NCBI GenBank assembly: GCA_938002085.1
Contig: CALLAT010000009.1
Span: 75,450-139,449, forward strand
Reading direction: 5' to 3'
Source: an uncultured Pseudanabaenaceae cyanobacterium
GTDB taxonomy: Bacteria > Cyanobacteriota > Cyanobacteriia > PCC-9006 > JAAUQQ01
Length of the DNA: 64,000 nucleotides
Positions 9,933-20,227 of the stretch are shown here, piece after piece. The position numbers and the translations under genes are program-made. A model generated the notes under the pieces. It was not told the DNA's origin and did not search any database. It was given only the letters and a program-made list of their open reading frames with translations. Every line of letters starts with the position of its first letter. Position 1 is the first letter of the stretch.

Positions 9933-10643
9933 TTAGGCGATGACTTCTTCCCGTTGGACGGTGCTGAGGCGTCCGTCTTCCATTTGCAGGATGCGATCGG
10001 CGACGTCGAGGATGCGGTTGTCGTGGGTGACGAGAAGGACGGCGCTGCCTCGCTGACGGGCGAGGCGCTGCATGATTTCGACGACGTCGCGCCCCGATTG
10101 TTTGTCGAGGGCTGCGGTGGGTTCGTCGGCCAAAACAACGCGGGGGGAGCTGACTAGGGCGCGGGCGATCGCCACACGCTGCTTTTGTCCGCCGGATAGC
10201 TCCTGGGGATAGTAGTTGGCCCAGTCCAGCAGCCCCACGGCTTCCAGCATTTCTAGGGAACGGGTTTTCTTTTCCTTGGCGGTGAGATTAGGGTGCAGGT
10301 CCAGGGACATTTGCACGTTTTGCCTGGCGGTGAGGGCATTCAGCAGGTTGTGGGCCTGGAAGATATAGCCGATGTTGCGCCGCAGCCTCACAAGCTGAGA
10401 TTTGCGCGCTTTGTACATTTCTTCGCCCAGGAGTCGCAGGCTGCCTTCCTGGGTGGAGCGCAATGCGCCAATCAAGGTCAGTAAGGTCGTTTTGCCCGAG
10501 CCTGATGGACCCATGAGGATGACGACTTCGCCAGGGTCCACGCGAGCGCTGACTTCGTAGAGCACTTGTTTGCGCAGGCGGCCACTGCCGAAGTAGTGGC
10601 TCACATGGTCAATGGAGATGATGGGGTCGGTAGCGGCAGTCAT
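9933..10643 (-). CDS. devA: ABC transporter ATP-binding protein (DevA/MacB-NBD-like)
   Basis: 236 aa. Walker [13 protein letters not shown] signature [15 protein letters not shown], Walker B VVLADEPT. It is the last gene of an MFP-permease-ATPase trio. Confidence 0.85.
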   Translation of the reverse strand: MTAATDPIISIDHVSHYFGSGRLRKQVLYEVSARVDPGEVVILMGPSGSGKTTLLTLIGALRSTQEGSLRLLGEEMYKARKSQLVRLRRNIGYIFQAHNLLNALTARQNVQMSLDLHPNLTAKEKKTRSLEMLEAVGLLDWANYYPQELSGGQKQRVAIARALVSSPRVVLADEPTAALDKQSGRDVVEIMQRLARQRGSAVLLVTHDNRILDVADRILQMEDGRLSTVQREEVIA

Positions 10644-10731
10644 ATCAGGAAAGATGCGCCGACTGGCGCATCTGAAAGAAGGTAGATCGCGATGGGCGTT
10701 GGCTCAGCAAACTTGGCCTAGAAAGATTGGT

Positions 10732-11889
10732 TTAAAAGATATCGGCGGGGTCGGCTTCTTGAACCTTGCGGACGGCGATCGCCCCAGAAATCACACACAT
10801 CGCCATGGTGAGGCAAAAGACAAAGGTGCCCCGCTCCTGGGTCATTTGTAATGGCAGGGATGTGGCATTCTCTGTGGCTTGGTAGAGGCCAATGCAGAGG
10901 AAAAAGGCTGGGATAAAACCGAGAATCGACAGCACCACTGCCTCCTGGAAAACCACTGACAGCAAATAGCGATTGCGATAACCCATTGCCTTTAGGGTGG
11001 CATATTCCGCCAGGTGATCGGCGACGTCGGTATAAAGGATCTGATACACAATCACCATGCCGACGATCCAGCCGATGCCCGCGCCCAGATTAAAGATGAA
11101 GCCAATGGCTGTGCTGTTTTGCCAGTAGTCCCGTTCAAAGGCAATAAATTCATCCTTAGAGAGCACTAGGACATCGCCGTTGGGATCCTGGATGTCTTTG
11201 CGCATGAGGGCGATCGCTTTGTCCACATTTGCGCCAGGGTCCAATCGAATCATGCCCATATCGATGAGGCCAGGGTCGCGATCGAACATGCGCAAAAAGT
11301 TGATGTCGCTGGTCACCAAATTGCCATCCGCACCAAAGGAGGCTCCCAGGTTAAAGAGCCCACCCACAGTTACTCGGCGACCTGCGACTTCCGTAGTCAC
11401 ATATCCCTTTTCTTCAAACAGTTCTGCCACCGGGCCGAACTCTGGACGGGAATCCCGATCAAACAACACATAATCCCGCAGCTTCAGTGCTTCAGAATCT
11501 GGCAGTAAGTCTTTAGAAACAATGGATTGAGAGGGGTCATAGCCCATCACCTGAATGCTACGAGTGCTGCGATCTGCTGGATTTTTCCACAGGGCAAAAC
11601 TGATGTAGATCGGGGTCACACTTTCAACCCCTGGGACTCCCTCGGCTTGGAGTAACCGGCGGCGGGAAAAGCTATCTAAGGCAATCAGAGCCGTGGATTG
11701 AGGGCTCATCATAAAGATGTCGCCTTCTAGGGCTTGGTGCAACCGCACAGAGCTATCAAACAGGGCATCGCGAAAGCCCAGTTGGATAAACATCAAGATG
11801 ACTGCAAAGCCAATACCGGCTAAAGCCACCAGCAAGCGAACCTTTTCGCGAATGAGCTGCAGCCAGGCTAGGGGAATCGCGAAAATCAT
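10732..11889 (-). CDS. devC: ABC transporter permease, FtsX/DevC family
   Basis: 385 aa. N-terminal TM helix, large periplasmic domain and C-terminal 3-TM FtsX-like region. Its start overlaps the devB stop by 4 bp. Confidence 0.8.
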   Translation of the reverse strand: MIFAIPLAWLQLIREKVRLLVALAGIGFAVILMFIQLGFRDALFDSSVRLHQALEGDIFMMSPQSTALIALDSFSRRRLLQAEGVPGVESVTPIYISFALWKNPADRSTRSIQVMGYDPSQSIVSKDLLPDSEALKLRDYVLFDRDSRPEFGPVAELFEEKGYVTTEVAGRRVTVGGLFNLGASFGADGNLVTSDINFLRMFDRDPGLIDMGMIRLDPGANVDKAIALMRKDIQDPNGDVLVLSKDEFIAFERDYWQNSTAIGFIFNLGAGIGWIVGMVIVYQILYTDVADHLAEYATLKAMGYRNRYLLSVVFQEAVVLSILGFIPAFFLCIGLYQATENATSLPLQMTQERGTFVFCLTMAMCVISGAIAVRKVQEADPADIF

Positions 11890-13280
11890 GACTCGCTCCC
11901 ACCACTGACCTCAGCGGAATTATCTCCCTCGGATTCTGGCTGCTCATTGCCAGAATCCGATGGCAATGGGCTGTCCAATAAACCGTTATTTTGCAGTCCA
12001 CCACTGGAGAGGCCTGGCTGTCCCAGCGGATTCCCCTGCACTGCGGTGGAGTCATTGGGGCCTGGCCCAGACCGTAAAATAGGCGCAGCCGTGTCAATGG
12101 CAACATTGACCTGAAGATTGGTTAGGTTGGCTACTGGAGTACTGTTTTCCAATAGCACCGTGACTTCCACCACGCGGGCATCCGTATCTGCAGCTGGATC
12201 CGTGTCCAATACATCTTTTTTGTCGATTTTGAGCCCCACTTGGGCCACTCGTCCCTGGAGTGATGTGGCTAGGGCTGGGCTGGTCACCTTTGCCAGCTGA
12301 CCAACTTTGACATCGCGAATGTCGGTTTCGTAGATTTCAGCCACCACGGTCATACGGTCCGTGCGAGCTAAGTCCAAAATTCCATCGTCTCCCACGGCTT
12401 CCCCATTGCTGGTGTGGATTTCTAGCACCTGTCCCTCAATGGGAGCCAGCACCGCAGCTTGATCCAGTTCTGCTTTGGCGCGGGCTAGGTTGGCTAGGGC
12501 TGACTGAATTCCTGCTTCGGCGCGTCTTACATCCTCGGGGCGTACTTCGCTCACGCTAACCACCTGTTGCTCCGCCTGCTCAAAGCGCTTTGCAATGGCT
12601 TCTAGTTCACTGCGAGCACTATCTAGCTGACGGAGTGCTTCATCCAGCTCACGCTGTTTTGTAATAAAGGTGAGCTGGCGAACCTCAAAGTCAGATTCAG
12701 AGATTGCGCCGTCCTTGTAGAGATTTTGGTAGCGATTTAAATCTACCTGGGCTTTGCGAAGCTCCGCCTCAATCACTGCTGCACTGGCAGCCTTAGCATC
12801 TACTTCTGCGATTTGAGACCGAATATTGGCTTGGCTGGCTGCTGCAGCGGCCACCTCAGCTTGAATTTCGCCAACCTTAGCCCCAGCTTTCACCTGTTCT
12901 AGATTGCTCTGCGCCTCCATGAGCTGCGCTTCAGATTGAATGGCTGAAGCCCTGAGCTGTTCATAGGAATCCATTACCGCAAGGGGCTGCCCCTGCTGAA
13001 CCTGAGCCCCTTCCTGGACCAGAATGCGCAGGACCCGAGAAGAACTGAGTGCGGAGGGAGCTGCAACGTTATAAATGCCGCCTTGTGGTTCGATGCGCCC
13101 TAGAGCTGAGATTTTGCGCTTTTCAATGGCTTCTTCGGTCGTCGGTTCTTCGGTGGGTCCAACAGTGCTGCTGGGGCGCAGCATCAAAAACAGTCCAAAC
13201 CCAACAATTCCTAGAGACACGGCGGAAAGGGTGGCAATGATGAAGCCAGGAGATCTGAGGGTTCGGGAAGATATAGCCAT
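11886..13280 (-). CDS. devB: HlyD-family membrane fusion protein (DevB-like) with Ser/Gly/acidic low-complexity C-terminal tail
   Basis: 464 aa. N-terminal TM anchor and long coiled-coil segments (…AQLMEAQSNLEQVKAGAKVGEIQAEVAAAAAS…) typical of HlyD periplasmic adaptors. First gene of the devBCA-like operon. Confidence 0.8.
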   Translation of the reverse strand: MAISSRTLRSPGFIIATLSAVSLGIVGFGLFLMLRPSSTVGPTEEPTTEEAIEKRKISALGRIEPQGGIYNVAAPSALSSSRVLRILVQEGAQVQQGQPLAVMDSYEQLRASAIQSEAQLMEAQSNLEQVKAGAKVGEIQAEVAAAAASQANIRSQIAEVDAKAASAAVIEAELRKAQVDLNRYQNLYKDGAISESDFEVRQLTFITKQRELDEALRQLDSARSELEAIAKRFEQAEQQVVSVSEVRPEDVRRAEAGIQSALANLARAKAELDQAAVLAPIEGQVLEIHTSNGEAVGDDGILDLARTDRMTVVAEIYETDIRDVKVGQLAKVTSPALATSLQGRVAQVGLKIDKKDVLDTDPAADTDARVVEVTVLLENSTPVANLTNLQVNVAIDTAAPILRSGPGPNDSTAVQGNPLGQPGLSSGGLQNNGLLDSPLPSDSGNEQPESEGDNSAEVSGGSES

Positions 13281-13812
13281 GGGTAAAAGGAAAAGCAGAA
13301 ATGCAGGGCGCTGAGCTTAGGGGAAAACAGCCGAGATATTGTTTTGCGTCAGAGCGTTAGAAGATGGCATCCATGGAAAGACCTTTTAACGAATTGTAAC
13401 CATTGGTTGTCCGTCTCTGGTGAGCAGGACTTCTATGGGCGTTTCAGGGGGCCTGACCCCCCAGACTGTCTCAGGGGGCTGAAGAGGACTGTAGGCCATG
13501 GATAAAGCAAGGCGGTGTCCCTGTCGCAAGCTTGGATCAACAGGCTCTAGATTGGAGCTCTTCTGAGGAACTGGCATCATCGGTTCAGCTCGTGATGATG
13601 AGTCTGTTGTTTGGTCTGGGAGGTCTTGAATTCCTCCTAATTTCCAATGACTTTTACCGCTCTGAGTCGGTATGGGCTGGGTTCCAGCGGCAAGTTGTGA
13701 TACACAGATTGCGATACACTGTGCCCTTTAAGGTCGCATTTACCTTGAGTTAGTAGAAAAAGGTTGTCCCTTTCCTGTTCTCCTGCTAGATTTCGACTCA
13801 CCCTATTGACGC

Positions 13813-14511
13813 TTGGCGTGCATGAGTAACGTACAGATCCCCCAATTCCCAGAGGTCCGTCATCCGCTCATTGCGCCCCTTGCCCAGCGGAGTGACGAGG
13901 AACTGCTTCGGCTGTTCCAGGCAAAAGCCGATGAGGGGCGCTATTTCACGGCCATTCTTTGTCGCTACACTCCCGTTGTTTACACCTTGATCTGGCATTC
14001 CACGCGATCGGCGGTGCAGGCAGACTACCTCTTCTCTTTGGTGTGGCGTCACGTTTTTTATGAGCTGCGTGGTCTAGATCTTCAGCAAGCAAGCCCTAGC
14101 GATTCTCCGGAGCTAACGTTGCAAAATTGGTTGATTAACATCACTGCTCAATCTATCAACCAGGTTGCATTACCCCCTGTCGAGGAAATCCAATATTCGA
14201 TTAAGGCTGCGCCTCCTCCACTGTGGTGCTACGTGGAGCAGGCTTTGGATCAGCTTCCTCCGCGCCAGCGCCTGATGACGATCATGGCCCAGACCTACCA
14301 CTGGAGCGAGACTCGCATTGCTGCTTACTTGCAAGCGGAAGGCGAGCAGGTTTCTGCTGATGAGGTCCAGATGGGCTTGCAGGAGGCCTATCAGCAATTG
14401 GAGTCTTCTCTGCCTCCAGATCTGCGCACGATTTATTTTGATGAGCCTCTTGAGGAGACCCAGGCTGACCTCGCAGAAGGCGATTTGGCCGGGCTTTTGG
14501 GCAAGTCTTAA
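13813..14511 (+). CDS. Sigma-70-family (ECF-like) RNA polymerase sigma factor-like protein
   Basis: 232 aa. The segment ELLRLFQ...YTPVVYTLIWH...LVWRHVFYELRG resembles sigma region 2. C-terminal LPPRQRLMTIMAQTYHWSETRIAAYLQ resembles a region-4 HTH. Weak, by-eye assignment. Confidence 0.4.
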   Translation: MACMSNVQIPQFPEVRHPLIAPLAQRSDEELLRLFQAKADEGRYFTAILCRYTPVVYTLIWHSTRSAVQADYLFSLVWRHVFYELRGLDLQQASPSDSPELTLQNWLINITAQSINQVALPPVEEIQYSIKAAPPPLWCYVEQALDQLPPRQRLMTIMAQTYHWSETRIAAYLQAEGEQVSADEVQMGLQEAYQQLESSLPPDLRTIYFDEPLEETQADLAEGDLAGLLGKS

Positions 14512-14724
14512 CAGCCTGTGAGCGTTGGACATTCAAGCTGGAAAGAGGCGGTTTTTAATTACAGCGTGTAAAATTCCATGCAGCCGTGGGTAAGCTCCCA
14601 ACAAGGGAGTCTTGTGCCCTTGGGCATGCCGATGCAGGCCAATCTGAACAGCTGTTTGATGACTCACCTGAATCCTGACGAGATGGGGAAAATGATGCGG
14701 AATTTGTCTTCTTGGGGATCTAAC

Positions 14725-15798
14725 ATGGCTCACCTGAATCGTTGGTTCTATGGAAGCTTGAGCGCTGGTGCGTTGCTTCTTGCTGCCCAGGCTCCTGCCA
14801 TGGCCCAGTTTTTCCCTGATGAGCCGCTGCGCACGCGCCTTAATCCCACTTTGGATCAGCAGCTGCAGACGCAGATCAATAACGGGACCCGTGGTGAGTC
14901 TCGCGATCGCGCCGATCGCTATATGAACGAAGCTGGCAACCAGGCTCGCTTGGGCTTTCCCCGTAAGGCGATCGCTCTTTGGGAAGAGGCCTATGACCTT
15001 TACCGCCAGTCCAATGACGACATGGGCATGGGCCGTGCCTTGGACTTGATTGGCCTCACCCATGGGGAACTGGGCGAAGTCATCCCCGCGGAAGATGCCC
15101 TGCGCCGTCGCCTGGCCATTGCCCGCGACCAGGGGGACTACCGAGGCCAGGTCTACGCTTTGAATAATGTGGGTACCTTGCTCATGCGTCGAGGCTTTGC
15201 CCCCCAGGCTGAGCAAAGCTTTGGAGAAGCCCAGCGGATTGCTAAAGATATTGCCGATATCGACGGTCAGGGGATTTCCCTGAGTAATGTTGGCCTCGCG
15301 GCAGCTCGCCAAGGGGAGCATGGCCGCGCTGTGAAATTGCTAGAGCAAGCGCTCGTTTTCCGTCAACAGACCCGCGATCCCATTGCCCAAGCCAACACAC
15401 TGAATCACCTTGGGGATTCCTACCTGGCGTTGAACCTGTCGGCTGATGCCTTGGGTGCCTATGGGGCGGCTTACAACATGGCTAGGCGCGATCGCGATAC
15501 TCCCAATGAATTCCGTGCCATCGATGGTCTAGTCGCTGCCCACAGCCAAGCGGGCAGCGAAACTCGCGCCCTTGACCTCTTGGATCGTCGCCTCGCCATG
15601 GCCCGTTCCCAAAACGACGTGCGTCAGCAATTTGCCACGATCCGTTCCTTGGCTAGCTTCTACCAAGCCAAAGGCAATACCCCTGCAGCCAATAGCTACT
15701 TCCAGCGCGCCTTGATACTGGCTCGGGCCTTGGGCGATCGCCAAGAAGAAGTCTTGCTCTTGGATGAGCTGACCCAGATTGCCTATCCCGATCGCTAA
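14725..15798 (+). CDS. Secreted tetratricopeptide-repeat (TPR) protein
   Basis: Signal peptide MAHLNRWFYGSLSAGALLLAAQAPAMA. Repeated 34-aa A..Y/G..L TPR-like units. An upstream in-frame ATG at 14578 is less likely to be the start. Confidence 0.7.
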   Translation: MAHLNRWFYGSLSAGALLLAAQAPAMAQFFPDEPLRTRLNPTLDQQLQTQINNGTRGESRDRADRYMNEAGNQARLGFPRKAIALWEEAYDLYRQSNDDMGMGRALDLIGLTHGELGEVIPAEDALRRRLAIARDQGDYRGQVYALNNVGTLLMRRGFAPQAEQSFGEAQRIAKDIADIDGQGISLSNVGLAAARQGEHGRAVKLLEQALVFRQQTRDPIAQANTLNHLGDSYLALNLSADALGAYGAAYNMARRDRDTPNEFRAIDGLVAAHSQAGSETRALDLLDRRLAMARSQNDVRQQFATIRSLASFYQAKGNTPAANSYFQRALILARALGDRQEEVLLLDELTQIAYPDR

Positions 15799-16047
15799 AT
15801 GGCGAGCGCTGCAACTTGACCTGCCATAGAAAGGCTAGCTAGGACTATCCTGGCTAGCCTTTCTTGCAGGGTTGGGTCTTGTGCGGTGGCAAGTTTGGGC
15901 ATGTTGTGAAATCCCACCCTCCTGAATCTAAAACTCTCTGACGAACTCGCGATAGATTAGAACAGTCCGGACAGAGGGTGAGAGCATTAAAATAACCCAG
16001 GTTGCCACCCCCTATTGCCTTGACTCAGGTCATCAACAGGTTTATCC

Positions 16048-18489
16048 ATGAGTCACTCCAACTCACGTCCCTCCAGCCCTTCCCTTCAAGCTGCCTCCGA
16101 CGTAACCCAAGCCTTTGACCAATACTCCCAAGCCCAAACCAGCTTTAAGCAATACTTCGACCTGCCCCTGGATCTCCTCTGTAGCCTCAGCCGTGAAGGG
16201 CGTTTCCAAACGGCAAGCTTTAGCTGGGTCCAAAGCTTGGGCTGGCGGCCTGAAGAACTTCAAGGGCAAAACTGGAGCGAATGGATTCACCCTCAAGATC
16301 TCCAAAGCAGCCTTCTCCAACTCAACAGCCTGCTGAATCATCGCCCCAACGGCACGGCATTATCCTCGCGCCAGCGCAAACGCAGCACCTTTGAGCATCG
16401 CTTTCGCCATCGCGATGGCAGTTATCGCTGGCTACGCTGGCAACTGGTCACAGATGATGACTCCCAACAGATTGTCCATGGCTGGATTCGCGATGTAACG
16501 GATGAGAAAATCTCCCCCGCTGAGCAATTTGGCTTTGAGCGAGAGTTTCTTCAGCTCGCCCAAACCATGCGGGATGTCTTCTGGATTTATGATCCCGTCG
16601 CCCAGCAGCAGCTCTACGTCAGCCCTTCCTACGAGAAAGTTTGGGAGCGCTCTTGCAGTAGCCTTTACAGCAACCCTAGCTCTCTCCAAGATGCCATCCA
16701 CCCCGAAGATCGGAGCTATGTCAAAGCTGCCTTAGATCAGCTTTGTGCCACTAATCTCCATCCCAGTGGTCCCGATCAATGTGACCTGGAATATCGTATT
16801 CATACGCCCACGGGCAGCATTCGCTGGATTCATGACCGCAGCTTTCCGTTACGCGATGCCAATGGCCAGATGTATCGTTTCATCGGCGTTGCTGAAGACA
16901 TCACCGAACAGCGCCAAGCGGAACGGTCCTGCGATCGCCTCTTCCAGCAAATTTCTGCTCAAAATCAAACCCTGGAACAGGGCATTACCCAGCGCACCAT
17001 TGAACTCCGGGCCATCATTGACGCTGTTCCTGACCAAATCTACGTCATCAACCGTGAGAGCCAGCGCATCGACTACTGCAACCGTGCCTTTGTCGAGGCC
17101 CTAGACCTGAACCAGCGGGAAGCCGTCGAAGGCAAGACCTTGGCGCAATGCTTTGACAGTGCCAAGGCCCAACATATTGCCCAGCAAAACCAGCAGGTGT
17201 TTGACCAGGGAGAGAGCTTTCAAGCTGAAGAACGCTATCTCGACGATCGCCGTGACGGCAACCATTACCGCTACCTCGATACCCTCAAAATTCCCCTCCG
17301 AGATAGCGATGGCAAAATCTACGCCCTCGTCAGTGCCTCCCGTGACATCACGGACTTTAGAGTTGCCGAAATTAAGTTGCAAAACAGTCAGGCGCTTTCC
17401 CAGGCCATCGTGGAACAGGCCGCCGTGGGAATTAGTTTGGTGAGCCCTACCGGGACCTTTATGGAGGTCAATCAAAAGTTCTGCGATTTGCTCGGCTACG
17501 ATCGCCCAGAACTGATGGAGATGACCTTTCAAGAGATTACTGACCCTCGCTTTCTCAAGGAGGATTTAGCCCATTACCGCAAGCTGTTGAGCGGTGAAAT
17601 CAGTTCCTTCTCCCTAGAGAAATGCTTTATTCGCAAAGACGGTAAGCCCCAGTGGGCCGCTCTGACCGTCTCTGGCGTTTATGACGATAAAGGCTCGATG
17701 CAATTTGATATTGGCGTTTTGCAGGATATTAGCGATCGCAAACTGGCCGAGGCTGAAGTGCTCAAGTCCCTAGAAAAAGAACGGGAACTCAACGAGCTAA
17801 AATCGCGGGTGATTTCGATGATTTCCCACGAATACCGCACCCCCCTCACGATTATTTGCTCCTCCGCCGAGCTACTGGAACGGTATGGCCCGACCTGGGA
17901 TGAAGAGCGTCGCTCCACGCATTTTGAGCGGATCCAAACCTCTGTCCTGCATCTGACTGAGCTGGTCAATGATGTCCTCTTCCTCAATCGGGCTGAAGCC
18001 GATCGCCTCGACTTTTGCCCTGCCCCGCTGGATGTGGTGGCCTTCTTTCAGAACCTCTTTCCTGAGTTACAGGATGCCTTCGAATCTCAAAGCGATCGCA
18101 TCCATCCCTTGGAGGTGGATTATCCCTCTGGCAACCCCAGCTGCTACGTGGATGAAAGACTCCTGCGGCAAATTGTCACCAACCTCTTTTCTAACGCCCT
18201 CAAATATTCCCTAGAGGGACAACCGATCCAATGTGAGGTGCGCTGTGAGCCCGAAGCATTGGTCTTTTCCATCAGTGACAGTGGCATTGGCATTCCAGCG
18301 GAAGACCAACCCTATCTGTTTGAATCTTTCCATCGTGCGGCCAATGTGGGCGCCATTCCGGGGACGGGGCTGGGCCTGTCGATTGTGCGAAAATGCGTCG
18401 ATGTTCATGGGGGGAATATTCAGGTCACCAGTCAAGAAACCCAAGGCACTTGCTTTACGGTCAGCCTGCCCCTGCAACTTGAGACTTGA
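16048..18489 (+). CDS. Multi-PAS/PAC sensor histidine kinase
   Basis: 813 aa. At least three PAS/PAC-like modules. HisKA H-box ISHEYRTPL. HATPase_c N, G1 (DSGIGI) and G2 (GTGLGLSIV) boxes. Confidence 0.9.
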   Translation: MSHSNSRPSSPSLQAASDVTQAFDQYSQAQTSFKQYFDLPLDLLCSLSREGRFQTASFSWVQSLGWRPEELQGQNWSEWIHPQDLQSSLLQLNSLLNHRPNGTALSSRQRKRSTFEHRFRHRDGSYRWLRWQLVTDDDSQQIVHGWIRDVTDEKISPAEQFGFEREFLQLAQTMRDVFWIYDPVAQQQLYVSPSYEKVWERSCSSLYSNPSSLQDAIHPEDRSYVKAALDQLCATNLHPSGPDQCDLEYRIHTPTGSIRWIHDRSFPLRDANGQMYRFIGVAEDITEQRQAERSCDRLFQQISAQNQTLEQGITQRTIELRAIIDAVPDQIYVINRESQRIDYCNRAFVEALDLNQREAVEGKTLAQCFDSAKAQHIAQQNQQVFDQGESFQAEERYLDDRRDGNHYRYLDTLKIPLRDSDGKIYALVSASRDITDFRVAEIKLQNSQALSQAIVEQAAVGISLVSPTGTFMEVNQKFCDLLGYDRPELMEMTFQEITDPRFLKEDLAHYRKLLSGEISSFSLEKCFIRKDGKPQWAALTVSGVYDDKGSMQFDIGVLQDISDRKLAEAEVLKSLEKERELNELKSRVISMISHEYRTPLTIICSSAELLERYGPTWDEERRSTHFERIQTSVLHLTELVNDVLFLNRAEADRLDFCPAPLDVVAFFQNLFPELQDAFESQSDRIHPLEVDYPSGNPSCYVDERLLRQIVTNLFSNALKYSLEGQPIQCEVRCEPEALVFSISDSGIGIPAEDQPYLFESFHRAANVGAIPGTGLGLSIVRKCVDVHGGNIQVTSQETQGTCFTVSLPLQLET

Positions 18490-18559
18490 GATGGGGCGAT
18501 CGCCTCGTAAGGGTTGGAAGCATCGCTTCTATTCATTATTCCATTCTCTTCCAACCATT

Positions 18560-18928
18560 TTATTTTTGAGACACCACTAGAATCACACCGCTGATAATCA
18601 ATCCCAGTCCCACTAAACGCCCTAGGGGAATTGTTTCTTTAAAGACGAAATAGCTTAATAAAACTGAAAACACGTACACCAGCGACACCGATGGTCCTGC
18701 AATGCTCAAAGGCACTCGCGACAGCAACAAAATATAGGCTATGGCGCCCAAGCCATAACAGCCTAAACCGAGCATGAGTTCGGGAATTTTGATGGCCTCA
18801 ACGACCGTCGCGAGGGAGACCTGCTTCAATAAAGGAGCTAGTTTATCAGCCCCCAATTTCAGGAATAACTGTCCTCCCACGCTACTCAAAACAGAAAGCA
18901 ACAGAAAGCACAGTTCGATAGGATTCAT
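18560..18928 (-). CDS. Small 4-TM EamA/SMR-like membrane protein (ArnE/ArnF-like undecaprenyl-phosphate-sugar flippase subunit)
   Basis: 122 aa with four hydrophobic helices. Adjacent to and co-oriented with a GT2 polyprenol-phosphate glycosyltransferase, mirroring arnC-arnE/F and gtrB-gtrA pairs. Confidence 0.6.
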   Translation of the reverse strand: MNPIELCFLLLSVLSSVGGQLFLKLGADKLAPLLKQVSLATVVEAIKIPELMLGLGCYGLGAIAYILLLSRVPLSIAGPSVSLVYVFSVLLSYFVFKETIPLGRLVGLGLIISGVILVVSQK

Positions 18929-19129
18929 TCTTAAAATGCCAGGACATTAGCGGAGGTCAGTTTTCCCATACTCAATCCCATTCAGCACCACCTACCGGCA
19001 ATCAAGCCATAGGAGCAAACAGCTGGGAACCCGCAAAGCAGTGAAAGGTACAAGTCGCGAGAATTTCTGCTTGTCAGTTGGCTCTGCATCTGAACAAAGC
19101 GTGCGAAACTGACGAGCGAGCTTTTAGCG

Positions 19130-19882
19130 TTAGCGGTGCCGGGGGAGCGCAGGCTGGGGCAGCGGAATGGAAATGGTTTTCCAAGGCTTGACCCGAGCGA
19201 ATAAGTTGTACTTTAAGATACAAATAATAGCCCTTACGCCATCGCGCCAGCCAATTTTCTTTCCTTCCTGGTAAGTGCGACCATAATAGGAAATACCCAC
19301 CTCATAAATGCGGCAGCCCATCTTCGCGACCTTGGCGGTTATTTCTGGCTCAAAACCAAAGCGATTTTCTTCAATCTCTACTGCTTGAATCACCTCCCGG
19401 CGGAAGGCTTTGTAGCAGGTTTCCATATCTGTCAAATTGATGTTAGTCATCATGTTAGACAGCATTGTTAAAAAACGATTGCCCAGCATGTGCCAGTAAT
19501 AGACCACCCGATGGGGCTCGCCCCCCATGAATCGCGATCCGAACACCACATCTGCCTTGCCATTCTCAATGGGAGCAATTACGCGGGGAAATTCCTGGGG
19601 GTCATATTCCAAGTCCGCATCTTGAATGATGACAATATCTCCCGTTGCCGCCGCAAAACCACTGCGCAGTGCAGCACCTTTGCCCTGGTTACGGCGATGG
19701 AGAATCGCTTGATCGACTTGATCGCGCAGGGGACCTTGCAACAGCTCCCGCGTTCCATCCGTAGAGCCGTCATCAACAATGATAATTTCGCACTGCTTCA
19801 CTGGTGAAGCTTGAACCGCAGCAATGACGGTTTCGATTGTTTGAACCTCGTTGTAACAAGGAATAACCACCGACAATTTCAT
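19130..19882 (-). CDS. GT2 polyprenol-phosphate glycosyltransferase (DPM1/ArnC/GtrB-like)
   Basis: [12 protein letters not shown]...[12 protein letters not shown]...[11 protein letters not shown] motifs (DxD/DAD) typical of dolichyl/undecaprenyl-phosphate sugar synthases. Start chosen at the internal ATG (MKLS), because the longer ORF adds a non-conserved 27-aa leader. Confidence 0.85.
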   Translation of the reverse strand: MKLSVVIPCYNEVQTIETVIAAVQASPVKQCEIIIVDDGSTDGTRELLQGPLRDQVDQAILHRRNQGKGAALRSGFAAATGDIVIIQDADLEYDPQEFPRVIAPIENGKADVVFGSRFMGGEPHRVVYYWHMLGNRFLTMLSNMMTNINLTDMETCYKAFRREVIQAVEIEENRFGFEPEITAKVAKMGCRIYEVGISYYGRTYQEGKKIGWRDGVRAIICILKYNLFARVKPWKTISIPLPQPALPRHR

Positions 19883-20227
19883 GCTCTGGGCACTCCCGAA
19901 AATAGATACATTGTCCCCAATTAGTGAAGTAAAACCAGTTCCACTGGCACCGCCTTCACTCAAGTTGTAGCCTCAACCTGATAAATGACTTGAGACTGTG
20001 ATGTTGCTTCAAACCCTACCTCTTTTCTCGCAGCAGTACTAGCGTTTGTTCTCTCGTTGGATGTTCGCTGAACTGTTGTGCAAGCTGGAGACTGTGATGC
20101 CAGGCGCCTCAGCGAGAGTAGACTCCATTATGTTCTGACTATATAGAGGCTCGAGCAGTCAACCAAAATTTAGGCTCTTCTCCATTTAAGGAGATAACAC
20201 CCATAATCTTAAGGCGTACCTAGGGAA

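Noticed and set aside
14533-15321. 262-aa minus-strand ORF
   Set aside because: Antisense to the TPR protein gene. No motifs.
19883-19963. 27-aa N-terminal extension of the GT2 ORF
   Set aside because: Conserved GT2 start ([12 protein letters not shown]) is at the internal ATG. The extension is non-conserved and Gly/Ser-rich.
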